A stretch of 43,319 nucleotides of DNA from a phage, in the sequence record PX907400.1; one strand, given 5' to 3'. How positions within the stretch are numbered: the stretch's first letter is position 1; each line of letters begins with the position of its first letter. The translations under genes were made by a program, and so were the position numbers. Shown here piece by piece: positions 1 through 8,927 of this stretch. The notes beneath the pieces were generated by a model. The model did no database searches. It saw only the letters and a program-made list of their open reading frames with translations, and was not told the DNA's origin.

Positions 1-99
1 GGCGGCCCCCGCCGCCTTGGTAAGCCCGTTCAGTTGTGATGTGGTTTTATCGACGCCGGTCGATGATACTCGTACTATCAAGCTAGCGGTATCAGCCAT
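1..99 (-). CDS. tail tape measure protein, first 33 codons (gene continues across the window boundary into 41142..43319)
   Basis: ATG at 99..97 overlaps the stop of the upstream chaperone ORF (ATGGCTGA); the frame is open to position 1 and in frame with the ORF running off the other window end. Confidence 0.5.
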   Translation of the reverse strand, partial: MADTASLIVRVSSTGVDKTTSQLNGLTKAAGAA

Positions 100-424
100 G
101 ATTTCTACCTTCAAAGATTGCTTCTAAGCCCATGATAATGTCTATCTCGAACAGGCTAAGCTGTTTTTGCGTAACATCGAGATAGGCTTTCAGGTCTTGC
201 CACGTAACGGATTCTCTTGCGAACAATACTACAGCGTCCTCGCGCACGTGTCGCGTAAACTTAATGTCGCAGTACGTCTCGAAGGTGGATATAAAAAGGG
301 GCGGGCATTCTGGCCCACCCCGTCGCGCTGCACGTTTTTTCTTATCGATTACACCCATCGCGATAAGCGCCTGTTCGTGTCCGTCGGCTATAGAATCAAA
401 CTCTCTGATTTTATGCTTATCCAC
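92..424 (-). CDS. tail assembly chaperone, -1 frame extension ORF (gpT-like), probably expressed as a G-T fusion
   Basis: Open -1 frame overlaps the last codons of ORF 457..873 and sits between the chaperone and tape measure genes; GGAAAAG near the G stop. Confidence 0.5.
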   Translation of the reverse strand: MDKHKIREFDSIADGHEQALIAMGVIDKKKRAARRGGPECPPLFISTFETYCDIKFTRHVREDAVVLFARESVTWQDLKAYLDVTQKQLSLFEIDIIMGLEAIFEGRNHG

Positions 425-456
425 AAACTCATAGGTGGCGAACCTGTACAGCGCGT

Positions 457-873
457 CTACTTTTCCTGTAATGCTTTGCGCTCAGCGTTATGGAACGCCG
501 CTACCTGTGTGCCTAATGCCTTGAACTGGTCCAGCAATTTGTTAAATGCTTCTTTAGAGAAAGGCTCATCAAAGCTCCAGCCGTTTACGACTTCTGCCGC
601 GAGTTGCCGGTTGAGGTCTTCCGCCAGTTCGTTAATAGCCAGGTTATATTCAGTATAGTCGCCGGATTCTTTGGCGGCTTTTTCCAGTTCTTCGAAACGC
701 GCCAACCCGCGACGGTACGCAATAATGAAAGCACGCCCCGCTTTAACGGCGGCATCCGCATCTGGATTTACAACGTTAAGCCACTCACCGGAGTCTTCGC
801 CATTCGGCAGGAGAATCGGCATCTTCTTGCCCGCCAGTGCTTTCTCTTCGAAATAAAAATCAGAAAGTTTCAT
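457..873 (-). CDS. tail assembly chaperone (gpG-like)
   Basis: 138 aa ORF directly upstream of the tape measure start, ATG at 873, lambda G/T-like arrangement. Confidence 0.55.
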   Translation of the reverse strand: MKLSDFYFEEKALAGKKMPILLPNGEDSGEWLNVVNPDADAAVKAGRAFIIAYRRGLARFEELEKAAKESGDYTEYNLAINELAEDLNRQLAAEVVNGWSFDEPFSKEAFNKLLDQFKALGTQVAAFHNAERKALQEK

Positions 874-981
874 TCTTTAATCCTTTGGTTAAGAGGTTAC
901 AGGTTAACGATAAATGCGCCAGACGGGAACCACCCGCTTTTCGTGTGCGACACTAGGCGCAAAATTATTCTATCACATTAC

Positions 982-1010
982 TTGCACACCCCAATATAAT
1001 AGGGTACTAT
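982..1010 (+). promoter_or_regulatory. sigma70-like promoter (-35 TTGCAC, 17-nt spacer, -10 TACTAT) with embedded AATAG-N4-CTATT operator
   Basis: Same architecture recurs at 20134..20162 and 21460..21489 upstream of minus-strand genes. Confidence 0.4.
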
Positions 1011-1040
1011 TCACTTACCCCAACAATGGAGGGATTTAAA

Positions 1041-1232
1041 ATGTCAAGTTTACCAGTTTCCTTAATTCTGTTTGCACTTCTCGTTTATTTTGCGCCTTTC
1101 CTGGTTGCGTACTTCCGTAACCATAAAGCGAAGTTAGCGATATTCATGGCTAATCTGTTTCTTGGCTGGGCGCTGCTGCCGTGGGTCTTTATTTTAATCT
1201 GGGCGTGCAACTCGAATGTTAACGAGAAGTGA
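1041..1232 (+). CDS. superinfection-immunity-like small membrane protein (Imm family-like)
   Basis: Two hydrophobic helices with FLGW...W...LIWA pattern; GGAGGG Shine-Dalgarno before ATG 1041 (track ORF starts at 1026). Confidence 0.5.
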   Translation: MSSLPVSLILFALLVYFAPFLVAYFRNHKAKLAIFMANLFLGWALLPWVFILIWACNSNVNEK

Positions 1233-1270
1233 GCTAGTATAGGACAAATCCTAAACACGAGGAAGTAAGT

Positions 1271-2401
1271 ATGGCCCAGAAGAAAATAACCGACGAACAG
1301 TTGCAGGAAGAATTGAACGCCGGGATGAAGAATATCGATATAGCTCGTAAATACGGCATCTCTGACCGCGTTATCCGTATCCGTAAAGCGAAGCTGGCTA
1401 AGAAAGGCGTAGGCCACGGGCGCGACGTTAGTCACCTTGTGCCGGACGGCTACAAGATTAAAGGAACGTCGTCGCTGGTGGACGAGTTCGGCAACACTAA
1501 GTTGCAATGGGTTAAGACCGACACCGATGCGGAACGTCAGGTCGAGTTAATGAAGGCCGTAATCGAGGGCATGAAGTCGGAGATTACCCCAGTTGCTCCT
1601 GTTAAAGCGACTCGGGCCAAACGTGACGATAAACTACTCAATCTTTACACTGTATCTGATTTCCATCTCGGTATGCTGGCATGGGCAGACGAGAGCGGCG
1701 ACGACTGGGACATGAAGATTGCAGAAGACCTGTTCTCTCGGTGGTTTGATGCCGCGTTTCAGAAAGCGCCTGACGCCGGAACAGGAGTTATTAACCTGCT
1801 GGGTGACCTTGCGCACTTCGATAGTCTGGACGCCGTTACCCCCGCAAGTGGTCATGTTCTTGATGCGGACACGCGCTATCAGAAACTGGTACGCTACATG
1901 ATTCGTATGGTACGTCGTGTTGTCGATATGGCCCTCGCTAAGCATAAAACTGTTCGCTTGCTTATCGTGCAAGGGAACCACGACGAAAGCGGAATGATTT
2001 GGTTAGCTGAGATGTTCAGCACGCTATATGACAATGAGCCGCGTGTGTTCGTCGATACGTCTCCAGATGTTTACAAGATGGTGCAACACGGCAAAACGAC
2101 ATTGTTCTTTCACCACGGGCATAAAGCACGCTTCGACGCTATCGAACCGGTTATGATTGCCAAGTTCCGCAAAGCGTTCGGCGAGAGCGTTTATAGCTAC
2201 GCCCACGTGGGTCACCTGCACCACCAAAAGATTGTAGAAAGCCGTAACATGATTGTTGAGCAACACCGCACTCTCGCGGCTAAAGATGCATATGCCTCCC
2301 GCGGTGGGTGGATGTCGGGCCGCAGTGCAAATGTAATTACTTATAGCGCCGAATATGGTGAGGTCGCACGTTTAACTATTTCACCGGAGATGCTGGGATG
2401 A
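1271..2401 (+). CDS. calcineurin-like metallophosphoesterase with N-terminal HTH domain
   Basis: Motifs DFH, GDLAH, GNHDE, HHGH, GHLHH; N-terminal HTH-like segment; AGGAAG Shine-Dalgarno. Confidence 0.7.
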   Translation: MAQKKITDEQLQEELNAGMKNIDIARKYGISDRVIRIRKAKLAKKGVGHGRDVSHLVPDGYKIKGTSSLVDEFGNTKLQWVKTDTDAERQVELMKAVIEGMKSEITPVAPVKATRAKRDDKLLNLYTVSDFHLGMLAWADESGDDWDMKIAEDLFSRWFDAAFQKAPDAGTGVINLLGDLAHFDSLDAVTPASGHVLDADTRYQKLVRYMIRMVRRVVDMALAKHKTVRLLIVQGNHDESGMIWLAEMFSTLYDNEPRVFVDTSPDVYKMVQHGKTTLFFHHGHKARFDAIEPVMIAKFRKAFGESVYSYAHVGHLHHQKIVESRNMIVEQHRTLAAKDAYASRGGWMSGRSANVITYSAEYGEVARLTISPEMLG

Positions 2402-2883
2402 AAGATATTGTGATTTTCGATTTAGACGGGACATTGGCGGACGGTACACATCGTTTACACCTGCTGCCGAAAGATAACTACAACGAAACATGGGCGTGGA
2501 AACCATTTAACATGGCGTGCAAAGATGATGAACCAATTAGAGATAACATCGAGCTGTGTAACGCCCTTAATCGCCGCTATGCCGTTATTATTTTAACGGG
2601 TCGCAGTGATGACGCAGAAAAAGAAACAAGAATGTGGCTGCAGCGCCACCGCGTCGAATTTTATCAGTTAATCATGCGCAGCAAACACGACAACAGAAAA
2701 GACATCGTAATTAAGGAAGAGGTGCTACGTGCTATCGGGTTAGAAAGAATCTTGTGCGCGTTCGACGATTCGCCTGCGGTGATTAAACATTTCCGCAGCT
2801 TAGGAATCACGACACACGCGGTTACGGAATACGGCTGCAACGGTACTTCTACACACTTAAAATCACACGGGAGCGATAAATAA
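2398..2883 (+). CDS. HAD-family phosphatase resembling the T4 Pnk 3'-phosphatase domain
   Basis: N-terminal DLDGTL (DxDxT) motif, TGRS and KEE motifs; ATGA overlap with the upstream gene. Confidence 0.65.
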   Translation: MKDIVIFDLDGTLADGTHRLHLLPKDNYNETWAWKPFNMACKDDEPIRDNIELCNALNRRYAVIILTGRSDDAEKETRMWLQRHRVEFYQLIMRSKHDNRKDIVIKEEVLRAIGLERILCAFDDSPAVIKHFRSLGITTHAVTEYGCNGTSTHLKSHGSDK

Positions 2884-3437
2884 TGGCTAAGGTAATCATC
2901 CTTAACGGACCTGCGGGATGCGGCAAAGATACGCTCGCTAGGGCGCTGGTAGAAATGGGTTTTGCGAAAGGAACCACCAGCTTCAAGAATCCAATGTTCA
3001 ATATCGCTCTTGCGGCATTAGGGCCAGATGCGTATCACGAGTTCCTCGACGGCTACGACGACCGGGCACGTAAAGAAAAGCCAGAAGGTTTCCTTAATGG
3101 GTTGTCTCGTCGTCAGTTCATGATTGCTATCTCTGAACAATTCATTAAACCGGTCCTCGGCAGCGATTATTTCGGTAAGTATCTCGCTGAAAACTTGCCC
3201 GACGGCGACGAAGTTTTTATAGTGTCCGACGGCGGGTTTGCCAGTGAAGTAGCCCCTATCGTCACCGCGGGTCATGATGTAAGAATCGTTCGCTTGCACC
3301 GAGAAGGCTATACGTTTGACGGGGATAGCCGGGGATATCTGTACGATATTGGTGGTGTTGAAGATTGTGATGCGTACATCATACCGGGGGACGTTAAATC
3401 TAACGTGATAGACATTGCTTTAAAATTAGGTTTGTAA
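2883..3437 (+). CDS. P-loop kinase, dNMP kinase-like (T4 gp1-like); a polynucleotide kinase role is not excluded
   Basis: Walker A GPAGCGKDT; overall resemblance to T4 gp1; start overlaps the upstream stop (TAATG). Confidence 0.65.
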   Translation: MAKVIILNGPAGCGKDTLARALVEMGFAKGTTSFKNPMFNIALAALGPDAYHEFLDGYDDRARKEKPEGFLNGLSRRQFMIAISEQFIKPVLGSDYFGKYLAENLPDGDEVFIVSDGGFASEVAPIVTAGHDVRIVRLHREGYTFDGDSRGYLYDIGGVEDCDAYIIPGDVKSNVIDIALKLGL

Positions 3438-3440
3438 GAA

Positions 3441-3467
3441 AAAGGCCCCTCTCGGGGCCTTAGTTTT
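3441..3467. terminator. bidirectional rho-independent terminator between convergent genes
   Basis: AGGCCCC-TCTC-GGGGCCT stem-loop flanked by T-runs on both strands. Confidence 0.6.
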
Positions 3468-4632
3468 ATGCGTAGGTGATACGCTGGATAACAATAGACG
3501 ACTGATACTGATTGCCAGTAGCCTGGCCTTCGATGGACTGAGTGATTGACTCAGGCCCGCCAATCTCAGGTGTAACCGCGGTAAGTTCTGCACGTTTCAA
3601 GCTGAAAGACATAGCCCCGTTTACCCCCGCCAGAATAGAGTTAATCTCTACCTGCTGCTCGTTGATAAACTTCTGAATCATAGCCATGTCGTACAGCTTA
3701 CCGGAGATGGAGAAGGTGTTAGCCGCGCGGCTACGCTCCACAAACGCCACGTTAGTGTTGCCGAGTTCGAACTGTGCGGACGCGCTGTTGTCGTTGGTGA
3801 TGGTCAGGCTGTCGCAACGCAACGGCGTAGAACCGTCGAACACAGAAACATCGACCGAGGAGAACGGCTCGTCACCAAACGTAACAGAGGAGAAATCAGA
3901 ACCAGACGGCTGCGTGGTGAGAATCTCCTGACTGCGACCGATGAACGGGAAGCTGCCAGTTACCATAGCGTTAACAGCCTGTTCGATGGTAAAACCAGAA
4001 ACTTCCACGCCTTTGGTTAGTGTGTACGCGTCAGTCCCGCCGCACTGGCCTTTGTACCAGGTGAGAATAGAGAACGTCTTGCACTGGCTTCCCGTTTCCA
4101 GTTTATCCCCTGTCTTAGCGGCGGTAGTTACTGTCTCTGTGGTCAGGGTATGCTGGATACCCGCCCCGGTCACTACCAGTGCCTCTACTGCAGTTACGAT
4201 AAACGGTTTTGCGTTGTCACCGGTTAAGTCGGTAAACGCAATCAGGTCGCCCACTTCAACGCCGTCAGAAATAAAGCTACCTTCGGCACGGGTAAAGGTC
4301 TTGCCGGCAGGCGCGACGGTAATTGATAGCCTGGTCAGAGAACTACCGGATTGCCATGTAGAGCCTAAAGCACCCGCCAGCCAGTCGTCCTGGCTTTTCG
4401 AGCTAAGCTCAATAGCGTATTCTCCGCTAACCTGCTTGTTACCGGTGCGGATTGACGTAGTTTCACGGCTGCCGTCCAGTTCGTTGGAGGTCAGCGTGTC
4501 GCGAGTAATAGCAGGAACGCCACCTGTGTTACGCAACGGCGACCAGACAGGGTTGTCTGGTGTTACGCCCGGGACAGTCTCCGCCACATAGAATTGCGCG
4601 GTAGTCGCGCCCTTAAAAGGAGTTGTAGCCAT
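3466..4632 (-). CDS. major tail protein (tail tube), putative
   Basis: Position after neck genes and before the tail chaperones; ATG 4632 with AAGAGG Shine-Dalgarno (track gives GTG at 4638). Confidence 0.55.
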   Translation of the reverse strand: MATTPFKGATTAQFYVAETVPGVTPDNPVWSPLRNTGGVPAITRDTLTSNELDGSRETTSIRTGNKQVSGEYAIELSSKSQDDWLAGALGSTWQSGSSLTRLSITVAPAGKTFTRAEGSFISDGVEVGDLIAFTDLTGDNAKPFIVTAVEALVVTGAGIQHTLTTETVTTAAKTGDKLETGSQCKTFSILTWYKGQCGGTDAYTLTKGVEVSGFTIEQAVNAMVTGSFPFIGRSQEILTTQPSGSDFSSVTFGDEPFSSVDVSVFDGSTPLRCDSLTITNDNSASAQFELGNTNVAFVERSRAANTFSISGKLYDMAMIQKFINEQQVEINSILAGVNGAMSFSLKRAELTAVTPEIGGPESITQSIEGQATGNQYQSSIVIQRITYA

Positions 4633-4634
4633 AT

Positions 4635-5051
4635 TCACAGCCTCTTGGTGAATGCAATAAAGTTAATTGACAATGGTCGTTTGGCCCATCCGTTTTCTAC
4701 AATCAGCGGCCCCAGGCTAACCGATTGAACCTCGGCGCAGATGTCGTTACGAGAAAATGACTTACCTGCTTTGAATGCCGTGTTAAGTAAGTCTGCCATT
4801 TTATTGATTGGCGCGCTACCTTTCACCGATGCGTAGTTAATGTCGACCTGATAAACACCCGCGCGTTGTTCCGTGAAGAACAAATCTGCTTGCTCGGTAT
4901 CCGCCAGTAACATGTAACTTGCCAGATATGGCGTATCGGTTGACGTCGGCGCGTCGATGTTTTCAAGCGCGACATTGATGCCGTTGGCGGTTCCGAAGGC
5001 TACCAGCGGAACATCGAACGCTTTTGTTAAGTCCTCAAAGTAGCCCATCAT
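4635..5051 (-). CDS. tail completion/terminator-like protein, putative
   Basis: 138 aa ORF in the neck region, overlapping its neighbours. Confidence 0.4.
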   Translation of the reverse strand: MMGYFEDLTKAFDVPLVAFGTANGINVALENIDAPTSTDTPYLASYMLLADTEQADLFFTEQRAGVYQVDINYASVKGSAPINKMADLLNTAFKAGKSFSRNDICAEVQSVSLGPLIVENGWAKRPLSINFIAFTKRL

Positions 5052-5443
5052 TTCACCTTGTTGGCTTCTTCGTTAATGAGTTGCTGGAAGCGGGACACAT
5101 TAGTCCTGACAACCCCGGCGGGGGCCTGTTGCGACCAGCCATACTCCAGCCGTTGTGCATACGGCAGATTATTTGTCAGCGTGAACTCGCGCCAGTCTGT
5201 AGCTTTAAGCACGAAACTTGTAGCGTTTCCGGTTGCCGTGTTTCCTGATTTATCCGTAGCGTCTGTAATTCCGGAAGCGGGAGTGCCGCCAGACGCCATC
5301 CAGTTCATACGAAAGCGACCTGTATCTACCGGACTTGCCTTTATGATAGCGGAAAACAGTTTGATAGACACCTGACGCATCACCTTCTCGGGGTTCTTCT
5401 TCGCCTTTTCCACGAACTTAGAGACATCAAGCGCGAAACTCAT
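5048..5443 (-). CDS. HK97 gp10-like head-tail joining protein, putative
   Basis: PVDTGRFR motif recalled from the gp10 family; position in the neck module. Confidence 0.45.
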   Translation of the reverse strand: MSFALDVSKFVEKAKKNPEKVMRQVSIKLFSAIIKASPVDTGRFRMNWMASGGTPASGITDATDKSGNTATGNATSFVLKATDWREFTLTNNLPYAQRLEYGWSQQAPAGVVRTNVSRFQQLINEEANKVK

Positions 5444-5799
5444 TTTCTCACCTGAATAAAATACGCCACGACATCATCGTTAACCATCTTCTTCTCGATA
5501 GCTACGACAGACCATTGCTCGCCGCCGAATTGTACCTTGTCTTCCATTTTTGGCACGACACTGCAATCCGCTTTAACAACCATGTCTCCCGCCTGAATGG
5601 TTGTGCCGTTAACCAAGCCCGAGTTAACCGGAACGGGTACGGCTTTCAGCGGCAGCACTTCATCATCTGACCAGATGTATTCGCCGAGAACTTCATCCCA
5701 CACTTTCGAGCCAGCGCGAACCAGAGATACCGTGCTGCCGAATTTGGCTAGCAGGCGTGTACCCACGCCCTGCATACGTTTACTAAAGGCGGTGCTCAT
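5440..5799 (-). CDS. head-tail connector protein, putative
   Basis: ATG 5799 with GGAGG Shine-Dalgarno (the track ORF extends to 5853 without one). Confidence 0.4.
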   Translation of the reverse strand: MSTAFSKRMQGVGTRLLAKFGSTVSLVRAGSKVWDEVLGEYIWSDDEVLPLKAVPVPVNSGLVNGTTIQAGDMVVKADCSVVPKMEDKVQFGGEQWSVVAIEKKMVNDDVVAYFIQVRK

Positions 5800-6413
5800 T
5801 ACGCGGCCTCCAGTCTCGAGATAACCAGTAATGTCGAAGGTGCTGTACCCCATGCGGTCACTGTTGCGGCCTGCGGATATACGCCGCCGAAGTTTGTCCC
5901 AGCGCTGTCTCGCATAATCTGAACGTCAAATGTTTGTCCGGAGGTTGGGTTAATAACTACACGGGATTCAATAGGGATGGTAGTTTCCGCGCTAACCAGT
6001 TTCGTAGCTGCCGGCGAGCCGTACTGAGCGCCGTTTACCAGAATGCGTGACGACAAGATAGACGTGCCGCTGGCTCCGGTTCTCCCAGCCTGTAGCTTAA
6101 TGCGAACGGCATAGTTGCCCGCGGTATTGAAAGTTACCAGACCCGCGGCATTAATCATGACAGGGTCAGAGGCACTACCCTGCGCTGCACCGAAGGTTAG
6201 TTGCAACGCGGTATCGACCGCGGACGGAGCCTGAACGACAGTAGATGCCGCACGTAGCACCTCAACCTCTTTCGCGCCAGGGTTGGCATAAATAGGCGAG
6301 TCAGCCATTTTAGTGAGAACACCGCGTAACTTCTCAGGGGTGATTAGCCCGGTTGTGTTATCCGGCAATTCAGACCCGATTAGCGTAAATATCTCTGTTT
6401 TAGTCTTCGCCAT
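5799..6413 (-). CDS. hypothetical virion protein
   Basis: 204 aa ORF in the late operon. Confidence 0.4.
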   Translation of the reverse strand: MAKTKTEIFTLIGSELPDNTTGLITPEKLRGVLTKMADSPIYANPGAKEVEVLRAASTVVQAPSAVDTALQLTFGAAQGSASDPVMINAAGLVTFNTAGNYAVRIKLQAGRTGASGTSILSSRILVNGAQYGSPAATKLVSAETTIPIESRVVINPTSGQTFDVQIMRDSAGTNFGGVYPQAATVTAWGTAPSTLLVISRLEAA

Positions 6414-6415
6414 TT

Positions 6416-6928
6416 TTAACCCCGGTACACGTTAAACGAGAAGCCATTGTTAAGGCCTCCGCAAAGAAGCGGGCGCAATGCATCATCGGCTGCGGTGATT
6501 GATGTAGTAGCGCCAGAACTGCCGTTGTTGAAATAGGTGACGGTTACTGCGCCCTCTACGCGCTCAGTCTGTACTGAACGCCAGTCCGAGTTGGCACGCA
6601 CCTCTGTGCCTGCGCCGTATGTTACCGCGGCGATTACCTGTGCGAGAATTACCTGCTTAGGGATTACATTGTTCGCCACAGGGAAGCCGTTCAGAGTCAC
6701 CCCTGTGCGCGGGTACGCCAGCGACTGCTCTGCTGACACACGGCGACCGCACATCTGAGGTTCAGACAGGCCGACGTATGTAGCACCATTTCGCAGGGCC
6801 ACCTCTGCGGCGGTATCGTCGACAGGTAACTCAAGACCATAATTAGCCGCTAACGTGCGGGCGTCAGCCAGGCTAATGTAACTGTCGGCATTAGGGACGA
6901 TTTCACCCGTTTCCACGATTAGCGGCAT
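6416..6928 (-). CDS. hypothetical virion protein (head-tail adaptor region)
   Basis: 170 aa ORF, GAGGAA Shine-Dalgarno. Confidence 0.4.
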   Translation of the reverse strand: MPLIVETGEIVPNADSYISLADARTLAANYGLELPVDDTAAEVALRNGATYVGLSEPQMCGRRVSAEQSLAYPRTGVTLNGFPVANNVIPKQVILAQVIAAVTYGAGTEVRANSDWRSVQTERVEGAVTVTYFNNGSSGATTSITAADDALRPLLCGGLNNGFSFNVYRG

Positions 6929-6931
6929 AAA

Positions 6932-7111
6932 TTATTCCTCAGACTTACGGCGACGACGCTTAGTGCCACCGCCGTTGTTGTGCGCTTCTTCGTTGTCCGG
7001 TTGGGTCGCAACCAGTTCATCCGCTTCTACAACACCGCGCACGGGTATCACCTGACCATCAACCATATCAACGTGGGTGTACTTTTCGCGGATTACATAA
7101 TTATCTGCCAT
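6932..7111 (-). CDS. small basic protein (59 aa)
   Basis: ATG 7111 with AAGGAAAGG Shine-Dalgarno; C-terminal GGGTKRRRRK; below the track length cutoff. Confidence 0.35.
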   Translation of the reverse strand: MADNYVIREKYTHVDMVDGQVIPVRGVVEADELVATQPDNEEAHNNGGGTKRRRRKSEE

Positions 7112-7147
7112 GACCTTTCCTTATTACGGCCCCGAAGGGCCGCTGTA

Positions 7148-7498
7148 TTAAGACACAGTTGCTACAGTGCTGCTGGAGATAATATTACCATACACATCGT
7201 GAACAACCACTTTATACGTGCCGGAATCGGTAGTAGCGAGCGAAGTTTTCTCGTAGGTGTCGGCGGTAGCGCCAGGGATAGCGTTGTTATCTTTGTACCA
7301 CTGGTATGTGTACGGGGCCAGACCGCCGGTTACGGCTACAGTAAGGGTCATCGTCCGCCCCGTAGACTTGGTAGTGGTAGCGGCAAGTGCGGTAGAAAAA
7401 GATGCGGGCGAGATATTCGCCATATCGATTTCAACCTGACCATCGGCAGGAGAATCATCAGAAACACCAGTAATACGACGTTTGATTACATCAACCAT
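7148..7498 (-). CDS. Ig-like domain protein (capsid decoration-type)
   Basis: TYQWYKDN...DSGTYKVVV resembles an I-set Ig-like domain. Confidence 0.5.
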   Translation of the reverse strand: MVDVIKRRITGVSDDSPADGQVEIDMANISPASFSTALAATTTKSTGRTMTLTVAVTGGLAPYTYQWYKDNNAIPGATADTYEKTSLATTDSGTYKVVVHDVYGNIISSSTVATVS

Positions 7499-7510
7499 TT
7501 TTAAGCTCCT

Positions 7511-7816
7511 TTAGCTTACAGTTCCTGCATTTTTAAGCGCAGTCAACAGATCTGCTACGGTAGTGTGCAGCGCGGTTACATCAGTTCGAAGTTTGTTGTA
7601 CTCGGCTACAAGGGCATCGAACTCGGCCTTAGTCAGGTCCGCAGCGGACTGCGACCCGGCGGCAGCGGCAGCGGTAATGGCCGCGGGGGCGGCTACAGTA
7701 GCTGACTTTTTAACCCCACCAACTACGCTGGTAGTAGCCGGCGTTACTGGGATGTCAAAGTCGCCGAAGTCGACATTCTGAAGGCTGCGAGGCAAGCCTT
7801 TTCCGGTCTTAGCCAT
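7511..7816 (-). CDS. hypothetical head protein
   Basis: 101 aa Ala-rich ORF after the capsid gene, AAGAGG Shine-Dalgarno. Confidence 0.45.
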   Translation of the reverse strand: MAKTGKGLPRSLQNVDFGDFDIPVTPATTSVVGGVKKSATVAAPAAITAAAAAGSQSAADLTKAEFDALVAEYNKLRTDVTALHTTVADLLTALKNAGTVS

Positions 7817-7840
7817 AATTTACCTCTTAGTAAATGAAAA

Positions 7841-7858
7841 GAGGGACCGAAGTCCCTC
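7841..7858 (-). terminator. stem-loop/terminator downstream of the major capsid gene
   Basis: GAGGGAC-CGAA-GTCCCTC hairpin followed by a T-rich run on the minus strand. Confidence 0.4.
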
Positions 7859-7875
7859 TCGATTATATCTTAACC

Positions 7876-8925
7876 TTAAGCCCCGACACCAGTTACCAGG
7901 AAGGCAATCGGTACATGCTTACGGTCAACCACACGGTTCCAGTTGGAGGCGTTCGCCAGGTCCTGCCAGGAAGCGGAGCGGGCGACAGTCTCGGTGCCGT
8001 TGCCGGTGATTACCGCGCTGGTGAAGCTGTAGCCCAGTGGGTGCAGCAACCAGGTCTTACGGGTCCACAGGGTTTCAACGCCGCCACCATTGCCGCGGGA
8101 CGCTTCACGTTCGTATTCCAGCGGGTTGGACGGGTTGCCTTCACCATAACCGATGGCACCGTTGCCAAAGATGATGGAGATGAACTTACGGCTTGGACCA
8201 GTACCAACTACAGTCATGCTGTCGTCAACAATCACACGGTAGCCCTGGTAGCTAGCAAACATGGTGTTGTTGTCAGCGTCGCGAATGAAGTCGATAAGCT
8301 GCTGCTTACGCGCCTGTGCATAAACGAAGCTGTGCATCGCGATAGCGCCCAGCACCTCACCACCGTTACCCATCAGAGCATCGCCCATAGTCTGAGTGGC
8401 GTCGATGAACGCACCTGCGTCGAAGCCCAGAGTAGCGGACACGTCGATAACCATATCGTTCTGCGTATGGTAAGCATCGGTAGCAGCTACGTTGTCGTTG
8501 TACAGACCGAGCGCGGTAGCAATCAGACGGCGTTGTGCCTGACGCTGCCAGAAGTTATCCAGACGGGACGCTACGGATTGCAGAGGGTTCTGGCTGGTCA
8601 GTTCGACAGTCAGGTCCGCCTGACCGAAACCTTCGTTCAGGTACGCAACGCGGGCCATCATCTCGCCAGTCTGCACATTACGCGGGGTAGCGATGTCCTG
8701 ATAAACATCGTTCGAGTAGTTAGGCTCGATAGAAGTATCAATCGCTTTCCAGAAAGGAATGTTGGCGACGTTGGACGGACCGCGAGCAATCTCGGCAGCG
8801 TACGGAGTCGGGGTCAGAATACCAGACTGGAAGAACGCGGTTTTTTCTACCGGGTCCTCGGTCATATAAGACGCCAGGACCGGGATGTTGCCAGTTACGA
8901 TATCGCCGATAGTGGTAATTGCCAT
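7876..8925 (-). CDS. major capsid protein
   Basis: 349 aa ORF directly after the scaffold gene, followed by a hairpin; called from position and size. Confidence 0.65.
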   Translation of the reverse strand: MAITTIGDIVTGNIPVLASYMTEDPVEKTAFFQSGILTPTPYAAEIARGPSNVANIPFWKAIDTSIEPNYSNDVYQDIATPRNVQTGEMMARVAYLNEGFGQADLTVELTSQNPLQSVASRLDNFWQRQAQRRLIATALGLYNDNVAATDAYHTQNDMVIDVSATLGFDAGAFIDATQTMGDALMGNGGEVLGAIAMHSFVYAQARKQQLIDFIRDADNNTMFASYQGYRVIVDDSMTVVGTGPSRKFISIIFGNGAIGYGEGNPSNPLEYEREASRGNGGGVETLWTRKTWLLHPLGYSFTSAVITGNGTETVARSASWQDLANASNWNRVVDRKHVPIAFLVTGVGA

Positions 8926-8927
8926 TA

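Noticed and set aside
982-1000. TTGCAC followed 7 nt later by TATAAT read as a -35/-10 pair
   Set aside because: Spacer far too short; reinterpreted as -35 TTGCAC with -10 TACTAT at 17-nt spacing, the TATAAT-like sequence being part of the operator.
3941-4591. 216-aa plus-strand ORF
   Set aside because: Antisense to the putative major tail protein gene; Ser/Pro/Val-rich low-complexity product.
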